Origin: Bermanella sp.
GTDB taxonomy: Bacteria; Pseudomonadota; Gammaproteobacteria; Pseudomonadales; Oceanobacteraceae
Direction: 5' to 3'
NCBI GenBank assembly: GCA_034111105.1
Contig: JAWUXY010000031.1
Location: forward strand, 1-27,342
DNA length: 27,342 bases
Below, in pieces: positions 8,976 to 20,657 of this stretch; the stretch's first letter is position 1, and every line of letters begins with the position of its first letter. The translations under genes and the position numbers were made by a program. The notes under the pieces are model-generated. The model ran no database searches, had not been told where the DNA came from, and was given only the letters and a program-made list of their open reading frames with translations.

Positions 8976-9605
8976 ATGAAAACCATTTTATTACTCCTGT
9001 TTATAATGGTCGCTTGTTTAAGTGGCTGCTCGATTGAACAGCTGGCCATGGAAAAGGATCCATTTATGGAACAAAAACCAGCAGAAGATATCGATCCTTT
9101 AAATTCAGAGAGTGCGGAATACGCAAAAAACAATCATGGCGTTGTGAATATACACCGCCATGGCCCAGGTTATGACGTCATGATGATGCTGAACGCAGGC
9201 GAAAGCGATATTATCTTCAGCATGGATTTACCTGTAGGTGGCGCAACCTATATGCCAGAAATTTCAGAGCAAATGAAAGCACATCGAAAAAAAGGGAAGG
9301 GTTCTAATAACGCTGAAGAAGAGAATGATTTTTTTAATGAAAAAGCCTTATCACTTTTCTCTGATGCGACAAAACATATGCTCAGTGCACAGGCTTTGTT
9401 TTATCGTAAATCGTATTGGAAAGCACTCGAGCAAACGAACAAAGCAATGTCTCTAGTGCCGGCGTCTGCACAGGCTTATGCTTTGAAAGGCAGTATTTAT
9501 TACAAAATGGGCCGTAAAAAAGAAGCCAAAGTATCATGGCAGCAAGCATTGCAATTAGACCCTTCTTTAACGGAAGTTAAAGAGAGTTTAAAGCTCGTTA
9601 AGTAG
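8976..9605 (+). CDS. TPR-repeat lipoprotein (motor-like cluster gene 2)
   Basis: Lipobox 'VACLSGC'; C-terminal TPR pattern 'ALFYRKSYWKALEQTNKAMSLVPASAQAYALKGSIYYKMGRKKEAKVSWQQALQLDPS'. Confidence 0.85.
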   Translation: MKTILLLLFIMVACLSGCSIEQLAMEKDPFMEQKPAEDIDPLNSESAEYAKNNHGVVNIHRHGPGYDVMMMLNAGESDIIFSMDLPVGGATYMPEISEQMKAHRKKGKGSNNAEEENDFFNEKALSLFSDATKHMLSAQALFYRKSYWKALEQTNKAMSLVPASAQAYALKGSIYYKMGRKKEAKVSWQQALQLDPSLTEVKESLKLVK

Positions 9606-9614
9606 GGAATATCT

Positions 9615-11555
9615 ATGCTGAAAAAATATGGATTATTATGGGTAGTGTTAGCCAGTTTATCGTTAATAGCGCAGGCCGCGACGAACACGCCTGTTGAAGT
9701 ACAAACAAAAACCGATGACTTAGAAGAGCTACAGCTTAAATCACAACTAGAAGATAGTCTGGCTCGTGATATTCAGTCTTATCTTGGCCATAATCGATTT
9801 ATTGTCAACGTGAAAGTAAACCTTGAAAAAATTCGCCAAGTTATTAAAACAAAATCAAAACAATCAACACCATTATCTAAAACATACCAACCTACTTTTT
9901 TGCCAAAGCTCACGTTTCCTAATGCAGTTGAAGATGATACTTATGAGGTAGAAAGCTTACCCGGGTTGCCCTTTGTTGATATTCCGGGCGATAAAGAAAA
10001 AGACGCTGAACTGAAGTTTATGCGAGAACAGGTTGAACGTTTACAGCAAGAACAGCGTCAACCACGTTGGCAGGATAGAGAAAACGAAGATGCAAGCGGT
10101 AATGGTGGCTCAGAAGAAACCGTAGGGGTATTTAATCGTATTGCTAAACTAATGGTTACATTAGCGGTTGAAGAAAATGTGAGTGCAGAGCAAGAAGCTT
10201 TTTTAAGAAATTTAGTTTACCAAAAAGCGTCGCTTAATGACTTACGGGGTGATGAGCTTAAAATTATTAGAACACAGTTTTCCAGTATCCCTATAACGGA
10301 AAAAGAAAAGGAACAAATTGCGTCGCCGTTTTCTGATGAGTCAGCGCCGGCACAAAATTGGATGGATGAAAATTTCAATGCGCTATTGTTAGGGTTGTTA
10401 AGTTTATTAGCATTACTGCTAATTAGTTTGATTGTGTTATCAATGCGTAAAAAATCACAACCAAGCGAAGCACAAAATATGTCATCCAGTGACATATCAC
10501 ATACACCTAATGTGTTAGCCACTCCTGAAGCGGAAGGCCCAGACAGTAAGCTCATCATGCAAAAAACTCGGCAAGATATTATATCGCTCGGTTTAGGTCA
10601 GCCTCAGCATGTTCAAGGCACAATGGACCAATTATTGAGCCAAGAAGAAAAAATACCCATGGCGGCGTCTATTTATAAAGTATTGGGTCGCAGCTTGTTT
10701 CGCTCTATTTTTCCTAATATTGAGCAATTTCAGTTGCAAAGTATCATGGCTCACTTAGCCGATCAGCCGCCGGATGACGATCAGCAATTTCAAGACACTC
10801 AAGATTTTTATCAATTATTGCAAAAATCCGTGCAAGAAACAGCAGAAGTAAAATCGCACCCTTTTGAATTTTTAGGCAAATTAAATGACAGCCAAGTTTT
10901 GTATTTGATGCAACATGAAGATGCTCGCATTCAAGCTTTGGTGATTAGTCAACTGCAAGCGCAGCAAGCCGCGCGAGTACTCAATCGCATTAATGAAAAA
11001 CGCCAAGCCCAAGTCATTGCAGAGTTAGGCCAGTTTGAAACATTCCCGTTGGATACCTTTAAAGATGTCGCCGATCGTTTAGCTAAATCTGCATTAAACG
11101 TCCCTAGCTTTGAAAACGTTAATGCTGATGGTTTGCATATGTTAATGAACATGTTGGATAACATGAATTCAACCGAAGAGAACAAAGTATTAAAACGCTT
11201 AAAGCAAGATAAGCCGGATACGTTTTATAAGCTGCGCCAACAATATTTTACCTTTGCAGATGTTGTTAAAACCCCAAGACAAATTCTTAGTAACGCACTG
11301 CGTGAAGTGGAGCGCAGTTTCATTGGCCGTGCGATTTGTGGTACTCCTGATGATTTTAAAATTCATGTGTTGTCATCATTGACGCCCAAGTTGAAAGCCT
11401 TAGCAAAAGAGGACTTAAAGCGTTATGAAGGGCGCATTGGTGCCAAAGATGTGGAATCTGCTCGTAAAGCGATTGTGCATAAGTTGCGTGAGTATATTCA
11501 TACGGGCAAATTCTCTATGGACGAACTGCAAGTCAAAAAGCAGGCTGAGTCATGA
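9615..11555 (+). CDS. FliF(RBM3+TM)-FliG-like natural fusion protein (motor-like cluster gene 3)
   Basis: Signal peptide aa 1-21. aa ~36-226 resembles FliF RBM3 ('QLEDSLARDIQSYLGHNRFIVNVKVNLE', 'NRIAKLMVTLAVEENVSAEQEAFLRNLVYQKASLNDLRGDELKIIRTQF'). TM aa ~255-277. aa ~340-635 aligns by eye with FliG N, M and C domains. Confidence 0.8.
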   Translation: MLKKYGLLWVVLASLSLIAQAATNTPVEVQTKTDDLEELQLKSQLEDSLARDIQSYLGHNRFIVNVKVNLEKIRQVIKTKSKQSTPLSKTYQPTFLPKLTFPNAVEDDTYEVESLPGLPFVDIPGDKEKDAELKFMREQVERLQQEQRQPRWQDRENEDASGNGGSEETVGVFNRIAKLMVTLAVEENVSAEQEAFLRNLVYQKASLNDLRGDELKIIRTQFSSIPITEKEKEQIASPFSDESAPAQNWMDENFNALLLGLLSLLALLLISLIVLSMRKKSQPSEAQNMSSSDISHTPNVLATPEAEGPDSKLIMQKTRQDIISLGLGQPQHVQGTMDQLLSQEEKIPMAASIYKVLGRSLFRSIFPNIEQFQLQSIMAHLADQPPDDDQQFQDTQDFYQLLQKSVQETAEVKSHPFEFLGKLNDSQVLYLMQHEDARIQALVISQLQAQQAARVLNRINEKRQAQVIAELGQFETFPLDTFKDVADRLAKSALNVPSFENVNADGLHMLMNMLDNMNSTEENKVLKRLKQDKPDTFYKLRQQYFTFADVVKTPRQILSNALREVERSFIGRAICGTPDDFKIHVLSSLTPKLKALAKEDLKRYEGRIGAKDVESARKAIVHKLREYIHTGKFSMDELQVKKQAES

Positions 11556-12349
11556 TTAGTTTTAGTACGCTCATTGGTATCACAGCAGGTATTGGCTTAT
11601 TTGTTTTGGCCATTGCCAGTAGTACAGATAACTACATGATGTTTTTAAATCTTGCCAGCGCCATGATGGTGATCGGCAGTACGTTTGCAGCATCGCTCAT
11701 TAGCTTTAGTTTTTTAGAAGTGATGCACGCTGTGAAAGCCATGTTTCAAACGCTTGCGGCTGGGCATACGACACAAGTGCATTTACGCGACCTAGTAAAG
11801 CGCTTTGTGGAATTTAGCCGCATTTATCGTGATGGTGGTATTTCTGCCTTAGAAGATAGTTTAAGCAATAAAGAAAAAAATGATGATTTCTTGTCGTTAG
11901 GGCTAGAGCTAATGGGCTCGGGTTACAAGCAAAGTGATATCCGTGTGATTATGGGGGATGCCATGGACAGCCATTGGCAGCGCCAAAGTCTAGAAGGTAA
12001 AATCCTTAATACCATGGGCATTTATGCACCCGGCTTTGGCATGGTGGGCACCATTGTTGGTTTGATTATCATGCTGGATAACATGGGCGATGATATGGCC
12101 AATCTAGGCAAAGGGTTAGCGTTGGCGTTAATTACGACGCTTTATGGAGTGTTACTCGCTAATCTTTTGTTTAAACCCACTGCGGCGCAAGTGACAGAGA
12201 AACAAGAGCAAGAGTATTTCCGTAATCAATTAATAACCGATGGTTTTGTATTACTGGCTGAAAAAAAGGACGCACTTGTAATGCAAGATCGCCTTAATGC
12301 GTATGTGAAACCCAACAAACGCTTCACCATAGTCGAAACCAATGAGTGA
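11552..12349 (+). CDS. MotA/PomA-family stator-like protein (motor-like cluster gene 4)
   Basis: 265 aa, four hydrophobic segments, cytoplasmic 'SRIYRDGGISALEDSL' loop and 'GIYAPGFGMVGTIVGLIIMLDNM' as in PomA; 4-bp ATGA overlap with the previous gene. Confidence 0.92.
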   Translation: MISFSTLIGITAGIGLFVLAIASSTDNYMMFLNLASAMMVIGSTFAASLISFSFLEVMHAVKAMFQTLAAGHTTQVHLRDLVKRFVEFSRIYRDGGISALEDSLSNKEKNDDFLSLGLELMGSGYKQSDIRVIMGDAMDSHWQRQSLEGKILNTMGIYAPGFGMVGTIVGLIIMLDNMGDDMANLGKGLALALITTLYGVLLANLLFKPTAAQVTEKQEQEYFRNQLITDGFVLLAEKKDALVMQDRLNAYVKPNKRFTIVETNE

Positions 12350-13022
12350 CAAGACTTACAAGCGAGGCTTAAGGCGTCGCCGTGCTACGTTTGATGCTGA
12401 CGGTGAAGGTTGGTTAGTAACCTATGCCGATGCCATTACATTGCTACTGGCGTTTTTTGTGATGATTCTTTCGGTATCGGATCTCAATCAAGGCAAGATC
12501 GAAGCCTTAAAAGAAGGCTTAGCGAGCATTATCTCAGGCAAGCAAGCTCAAACCCCGTTTAACGATATTAAAGACGCGCTGGATGACATTGTTAAGCAGC
12601 ACGGCATGCAAGACTATGTGGCGGTTGATATCGATATGAAGGGGGTTCGGGTTGAATTCTCTAATTTCTCTTTATATCAGTCAGGCAGTGCCGCAATTAA
12701 ACCCGAAGCCTTGCCCATGCTGGCTGAGGTCACAAGAGTTATTAAAGACACCAGTTCATCGACGCACCTCATCGAAATAGAAGGACACACAGACGATGTG
12801 CCCATACATACCGAGCGCTTCCCTTCGAACTGGGAACTCAGCGCTTCGCGCGCCAGTAATGTGGTCAAATACCTTTTGGGCAAGGGCGTTGATAAAGAGC
12901 GATTGAAGGCGTCAGGTTACGCCGACTCTCGCCCTAAGGCTGTACTTGAGCCGGGGCAGGCTTTTACTGAAGACGACAGGGCGGCCAACAGGCGAGTCGT
13001 TATTTATGTAAAGCGTTACTAA
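12342..13022 (+). CDS. MotB-family stator-like protein with OmpA-like peptidoglycan-binding domain (motor-like cluster gene 5)
   Basis: 'GWLVTYADAITLLLAFFVMILSVSD' (Asp30) and 'EIEGHTDDVPIHTERFPSNWELSASRASNVVKYLL...GYADSRP'. Confidence 0.93.
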   Translation: MSDKTYKRGLRRRRATFDADGEGWLVTYADAITLLLAFFVMILSVSDLNQGKIEALKEGLASIISGKQAQTPFNDIKDALDDIVKQHGMQDYVAVDIDMKGVRVEFSNFSLYQSGSAAIKPEALPMLAEVTRVIKDTSSSTHLIEIEGHTDDVPIHTERFPSNWELSASRASNVVKYLLGKGVDKERLKASGYADSRPKAVLEPGQAFTEDDRAANRRVVIYVKRY

Positions 13023-13052
13023 CATCTATAAAACCCGTAACTCCTATTTCAG

Positions 13053-13083
13053 GCCCTATGTGAAAGCATAGGGCTGTTTTTTT
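13053..13083 (+). terminator. Rho-independent terminator ending the motor-like cluster
   Basis: gccctatg-tgaaag-catagggc followed by tgttttttt. Confidence 0.85.
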
Positions 13084-13310
13084 GATGGGTAGTTTTTGCT
13101 TGGTCTGCCATAGGAATTCTTTTGTATTTTGCTCCATTATTTGAGCGATCAACAGATTACTTAATGACCGATTTATTGCTTTTAGTTGTGCAGTTATAAG
13201 TAAAAAGTACTCGGTTACTAGGTGATGGGTTTATAGCAGGTGCCTAAAGTGGCGAATGATGACTATCTCGCCTGAAAAATAGACTATTCTGAATATTATG
13301 AAAAAGATGA

Positions 13311-15077
<1,767 letters not shown>

Positions 15078-15102
15078 ATTTTTACGATTAACCGTTATTT
15101 GA

Positions 15103-16419
<1,317 letters not shown>

Positions 16420-16451
16420 ACGCTACTTGCGTTGTTGAAATGCAGTTAAAA

Positions 16452-16499
16452 ACTTAGGTAGGTTGTTTCAAATGCAAGCGTCGACCTAAGTGTTTTTTT
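16452..16499 (+). terminator. Probable eno terminator
   Basis: acttaggt (16452-16459) / acctaagt (16484-16491) followed by a T-run; loop is long. Confidence 0.5.
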
Positions 16500-16553
16500 A
16501 CTCTGTTTCAACTGCCTACGTGATGCACAAAGTGTATCGTGAGTAGTGAACAT

Positions 16554-16579
16554 AAAAGGGAAACTTAGGTTTCCCTTTT
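16554..16579. repeat. Perfect 11-bp inverted repeat with 4-nt loop (hairpin/second terminator-like)
   Basis: aaaagggaaac-ttag-gtttccctttt. Confidence 0.7.
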
Positions 16580-16656
16580 GTGCATTTAGAATGATGTAAT
16601 GCACTATTGTATGAGGGTGCCTTGCGCCCGATCTATAATCGGATAACGATAATAAT

Positions 16657-16968
16657 ATGGCCTTTTCTGATTCATTTAAACAACACGCCTGGAAACCGTT
16701 TGCGTTAGTCATTTTTATTTGGCTGCAATATCAATTGTGGTTTGATGATACCGGTGTGTTCGCTAACTATGCTTTAAAAGATCAGATCGAAAACCAAGAA
16801 GAATTAAATCGTGCCAGCAAAGCACGTAACCAAGTATTAGAAGAAGAAATTTGGGCCATTAAATCAGGTATGGATACGATCGAAGCAAAAGCCCGTAAAG
16901 AGTTGGGTATGGTTAAAAAAGATGAAACCTTTTTTATCATAGTCGATCCGGAAAACAAACATGAGTGA
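16657..16968 (+). CDS. ftsB: Cell division protein FtsB
   Basis: Short protein, N-terminal TM then coiled coil, 'ARKELGMVKKDETFFIIV', located directly between eno and ispD. Confidence 0.9.
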   Translation: MAFSDSFKQHAWKPFALVIFIWLQYQLWFDDTGVFANYALKDQIENQEELNRASKARNQVLEEEIWAIKSGMDTIEAKARKELGMVKKDETFFIIVDPENKHE

Positions 16969-17656
16969 TAAACTTTACGCTGTTGTTCCCGCCGCTGGGA
17001 TTGGTTCACGCATGCAAGCGGATCGTCCTAAGCAATATTTATCCCTTCTGAATAAAACCATTTTAGAGCATACGCTTAATCAGTTATTAGGGTTTTCTGC
17101 GTTTAAAAAAATAGTTTTGCCCATTGCCGAGCATGATGAATATTTTGCCAAGCTTGATATTGCGCGCCACCCAAAAGTGGGTACGTGTCTAGGCGGTGCT
17201 GAACGTTTTGAATCGGTATTAAGCGGTCTTAAACACTTATTAGAAACAGGCGCAAGCGAAGATGATTGGGTGATGGTGCATGATGTTGCACGTCCTTGTA
17301 TAACCCAACAAGACTTGCAGTCATTGTTTGACCAACGTAATCAACACGGTGCGATTCTAGGCATGCAAGTGCGCGACACAATGAAACGTTGTGATGACAA
17401 GGGACATATTGTAAAAACCGTTAGCCGTGAATATTTATGGCATGCATTAACCCCACAAATGGCGCCCATTGGTTTATTAAAAGCATGCATCGAAACCTGT
17501 ATAACGAATCAACATAACATTACCGATGAAGCCAGCGCGTTAGAATATTGTGGCCATCAACCGATTATGGTGGCAGGCCACCCCAGTAACATTAAAGTGA
17601 CGCGCCCTGATGATTTAATGATGGCGCAGGTATTCTTACAGGAAATTCAATTATGA
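16961..17656 (+). CDS. ispD: 2-C-methyl-D-erythritol 4-phosphate cytidylyltransferase
   Basis: [22 protein letters not shown]...[12 protein letters not shown]. Confidence 0.96.
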   Translation: MSDKLYAVVPAAGIGSRMQADRPKQYLSLLNKTILEHTLNQLLGFSAFKKIVLPIAEHDEYFAKLDIARHPKVGTCLGGAERFESVLSGLKHLLETGASEDDWVMVHDVARPCITQQDLQSLFDQRNQHGAILGMQVRDTMKRCDDKGHIVKTVSREYLWHALTPQMAPIGLLKACIETCITNQHNITDEASALEYCGHQPIMVAGHPSNIKVTRPDDLMMAQVFLQEIQL

Positions 17657-18147
17657 CCTTTCGTATTGGCCACGGCTTTGATGTGCATAAATTTTCAGCT
17701 GCCAAGACTGATGCAAACATTATGATTTGCGGTGTTGCCATTCCTTATGAATGTGAGTTAATCGCCCATAGTGATGGCGATGTGGCATTGCATGCGTTAT
17801 GTGATGCGTTATTAGGCGCGGCGGCTTTGGGTGACATTGGTCATCATTTTCCTGATACCGACCCTGCTTTTAAAGGTGCTGACTCGCGCGTGTTATTGAA
17901 AACAGTATTGTCAGAAATTAAGAAAAAAGATTACGACATCAATAATGTCGATGTCACTATAATGGCGCAAGCGCCGAAGATGGCACCGTACATACAGCGT
18001 ATGCGTGAAACCATCGCGAATGATTTAAACTTAGATGTCGACCAAGTCAATGTAAAAGCGACCACTACCGAAAAGCTCGGATTTGTGGGTCGTAAAGAAG
18101 GCATCGCAGTAGAAGCCGTCGCATTAATACAAAAAGCGCAAGGCTAA
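17653..18147 (+). CDS. ispF: 2-C-methyl-D-erythritol 2,4-cyclodiphosphate synthase
   Basis: [11 protein letters not shown]...[36 protein letters not shown]. Confidence 0.97.
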   Translation: MTFRIGHGFDVHKFSAAKTDANIMICGVAIPYECELIAHSDGDVALHALCDALLGAAALGDIGHHFPDTDPAFKGADSRVLLKTVLSEIKKKDYDINNVDVTIMAQAPKMAPYIQRMRETIANDLNLDVDQVNVKATTTEKLGFVGRKEGIAVEAVALIQKAQG

Positions 18148-18151
18148 GGTA

Positions 18152-19219
18152 ATGACCATGACAGATTTTACGCCAAACTGGCCAACAGCGTATCCAAAAT
18201 TGGATGTGAGTGCTGAGTTCCGTACCTTAGACGAAGATTTCTTAGTTAGTGAAATTACCAATCGTCAACTGCATGACAGCGGTCCGCATCTTTATTTACA
18301 GATTGAAAAACGTGGTACCAATACTCAGTGGCTTGCGCGCCAATTAGCTAACCATGCAAAAATAGATTTAAAAGACGTGGGGTATGCCGGTTTAAAAGAT
18401 CGTCATGCCATTACGCGTCAATGGTTTAGTTTACCCCTTAAAAATGCCGAGCCAGACTTAACCCACTTATTTGAAAAAGACGACTTTACCTTATTAGCCA
18501 AAGGTTATTATGGCGTTAAATTAAAGCGCGGTGCACTGGGTGGTAATGCGTTTCGAATCGTATTACGTAATGTGCAAGGCGAAAAAGCTAAGGTTAATCA
18601 ACGTTTAGAATTAATTCGTAACCAAGGTGTGCCGAATTATTTTGGCGAGCAGCGCTTTGGCCATGATTTTGAAAACCTAAAACAAGCAGAGCAATTGTTT
18701 GAAACGGGCAAGCGCCCACGTAATCGTCAAAAAGGCTCTATGTATATGTCGGCGGCACGCTCATTTTTATTTAATAATATGTTGGCCGAACGTATTGAAA
18801 CACATTGCTGGGACCAACCCATTGACGGTGAAGTGTTTGGTTTTGCGGGTAGCTTGCGCGGCTTTACACAAGAAAATACATCAGAAGAGCGCGCGCGTTT
18901 ACGCGCACAACGCATTCACCCAAGTTGTGCGTTATGGGGGAAAGGTGAAAGCTTGAGCAAGCATGCGTTAAGCGCACTAGAACAAAAGCAAGCGCAGCGC
19001 TTTCCAGTGTTAGCCGCAGGGTTAGAAAAACAAGGCATGAAACAAGAGCGCCGAGCAACGCGTATGTTGTTACCGGATTTATTCTGGCATTGGGTCGATG
19101 ACTCAACCTTAGTGCTGCGTTTTAACTTGGCGTCCGGTTACTTTGCGACGTCCGTGTTGCGTGAATTGGGCAATATTAATGTCGCCCAGCGCGGTATTGA
19201 AAATGAGTCAATGGAATAA
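18152..19219 (+). CDS. truD: tRNA pseudouridine(13) synthase
   Basis: DVGYAGLKDRHAITRQWFSL...NYFGEQRFG...; syntenic with ispF and surE. Confidence 0.95.
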   Translation: MTMTDFTPNWPTAYPKLDVSAEFRTLDEDFLVSEITNRQLHDSGPHLYLQIEKRGTNTQWLARQLANHAKIDLKDVGYAGLKDRHAITRQWFSLPLKNAEPDLTHLFEKDDFTLLAKGYYGVKLKRGALGGNAFRIVLRNVQGEKAKVNQRLELIRNQGVPNYFGEQRFGHDFENLKQAEQLFETGKRPRNRQKGSMYMSAARSFLFNNMLAERIETHCWDQPIDGEVFGFAGSLRGFTQENTSEERARLRAQRIHPSCALWGKGESLSKHALSALEQKQAQRFPVLAAGLEKQGMKQERRATRMLLPDLFWHWVDDSTLVLRFNLASGYFATSVLRELGNINVAQRGIENESME

Positions 19220-19222
19220 ATA

Positions 19223-19963
19223 TTGATGAAACTGTTACTAAGTAATGATGATGGTGTGCATGCTAAAGGCCTGACGGTTTTAAGACAATTTTGCCAACAA
19301 GCCGGTTGGGATGTGCAAGTAATCGCCCCTGATCGTGATCGCAGTGGCGCCAGTAATTCGTTAACACTCACCCGCCCATTGTCACCGTTATACCTTGCTG
19401 ACGGTGCCATTAGCATCGATGGCACGCCAACCGACTGTGTTCACCTTGGCTTAAATGTGTTGTGCCCTTATCAGCCTGAACGTGTCATTGCGGGTATAAA
19501 TGCAGGCCCGAATTTAGGGGATGATGTAATTTATTCCGGCACGGTCGCCGCGGCAATGGAAGGGCGTTTTTTAGATTTACCGCCCCTTGCCATTTCATTG
19601 GCGGGTAAAAATCATTACGAAACCGCCGCTCAAGTTTTAATTGAGCTATTACCTAAATTGCATGCACTGAATTTACCCGCTCGAACCTTATTAAATATAA
19701 ACGTACCCGATGTGCCGTTTGCTGAATTAGCTGGTACAGAAGTAACGCGTTTAGGACATCGCCAACGCAGTGATAATCCGGTGCATGCACAAAACCCTCG
19801 CGGTAAAGAATGCTATTGGATTAACGCACAGGGTAAAGCGGCTGATGCAGGCCCTGGTACCGATTTTCATGCAATAGAAAATAACAGAGTATCCATCACG
19901 CCCATACAAGTGGATATGACGGGTCATGAGAGTATTGATGTCTTAAAGGATCAACTGCTATGA
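19223..19963 (+). CDS. surE: 5'/3'-nucleotidase SurE
   Basis: [16 protein letters not shown]...[10 protein letters not shown]...[24 protein letters not shown]. Confidence 0.97.
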   Translation: MMKLLLSNDDGVHAKGLTVLRQFCQQAGWDVQVIAPDRDRSGASNSLTLTRPLSPLYLADGAISIDGTPTDCVHLGLNVLCPYQPERVIAGINAGPNLGDDVIYSGTVAAAMEGRFLDLPPLAISLAGKNHYETAAQVLIELLPKLHALNLPARTLLNINVPDVPFAELAGTEVTRLGHRQRSDNPVHAQNPRGKECYWINAQGKAADAGPGTDFHAIENNRVSITPIQVDMTGHESIDVLKDQLL

Positions 19964-20625
19964 CGCCGTTGCAACTGCAAGGCATTGGCATGACCAGCCA
20001 GCGAACGCGTGATCGTTTAATCGCGCGTTTGATGGATAAAGGTATTAAAAATACACATGTACTTGAAGTCATTGCAAATACGCCGCGCCATTTATTCGTA
20101 GATGAAGCCCTTAGTCACAAAGCCTATGAAGATACGGCCTTGCCTATTGGTTATGGGCAAACAATTAGCCAGCCTTATACGGTTGCTAAAATGACGGAGA
20201 TTTTACTCGAGGCCGGTGAATTAGATAACGTATTGGAAATTGGCACAGGTTGCGGTTATCAAACCGTGGTGTTATCTCAATTGGTCAGGCGAGTTTACAG
20301 TGTTGAGCGTATTGCGCCGCTACAAAAAAAGGCGAAAGAGCGCATGCAGTTATTGCGCGTGAATAATGTTCGCTTTCAGCACTCAGATGGCAACTGGGGC
20401 TGGCCTGACGAAGGGCCATACGATGCCATATTGTCGTGTGCGGCACCGGAAACCATTCCAATGGAATTAGTGTCTCAATTAAAGATGGGTGGCCGTTTGT
20501 TAATGCCAGTGGGCCCAGATGGCAAGCAAATGTTGCATCTACTTATTCGTGAAGAAGACGGTGTGATCAAAAAAATAATTGAGCCGGTTAACTTTGTGCC
20601 CATGCTCAGCGGCACACTAAAATAA
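19960..20625 (+). CDS. pcm: Protein-L-isoaspartate O-methyltransferase
   Basis: [21 protein letters not shown]...[18 protein letters not shown]. Confidence 0.97.
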   Translation: MTPLQLQGIGMTSQRTRDRLIARLMDKGIKNTHVLEVIANTPRHLFVDEALSHKAYEDTALPIGYGQTISQPYTVAKMTEILLEAGELDNVLEIGTGCGYQTVVLSQLVRRVYSVERIAPLQKKAKERMQLLRVNNVRFQHSDGNWGWPDEGPYDAILSCAAPETIPMELVSQLKMGGRLLMPVGPDGKQMLHLLIREEDGVIKKIIEPVNFVPMLSGTLK

Positions 20626-20657
20626 CCGTACTGTTCGTCTATTAAATGCAATAGGCA

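Noticed and set aside
11552-13022. MotAB pair as part of a Zorya anti-phage system
   Set aside because: The MotA-like protein has normal PomA length with no long cytoplasmic tail. The partner rotor is FliG/FliF-like, and no ZorC/ZorD/ZorE-like gene is adjacent. A defence role is not excluded but it does not match Zorya.
11552-13022. ExbBD/TolQR-type energiser
   Set aside because: The B subunit has a full OmpA-like peptidoglycan-binding domain and the MotB 'WLVTYAD' motif; the A subunit is MotA/PomA-like in length, loop residues and prolines.
7832-13022. Ordinary flagellar gene cluster fragment
   Set aside because: FliF lacks RBM1/2 and is fused to FliG. No other structural, export or chemotaxis genes are in the window, and the genes are bounded by housekeeping genes and a terminator.
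16446-16712. Minus-strand ORF between eno and ftsB
   Set aside because: Runs through both terminator-like hairpins and overlaps the ftsB start; no recognisable protein features.
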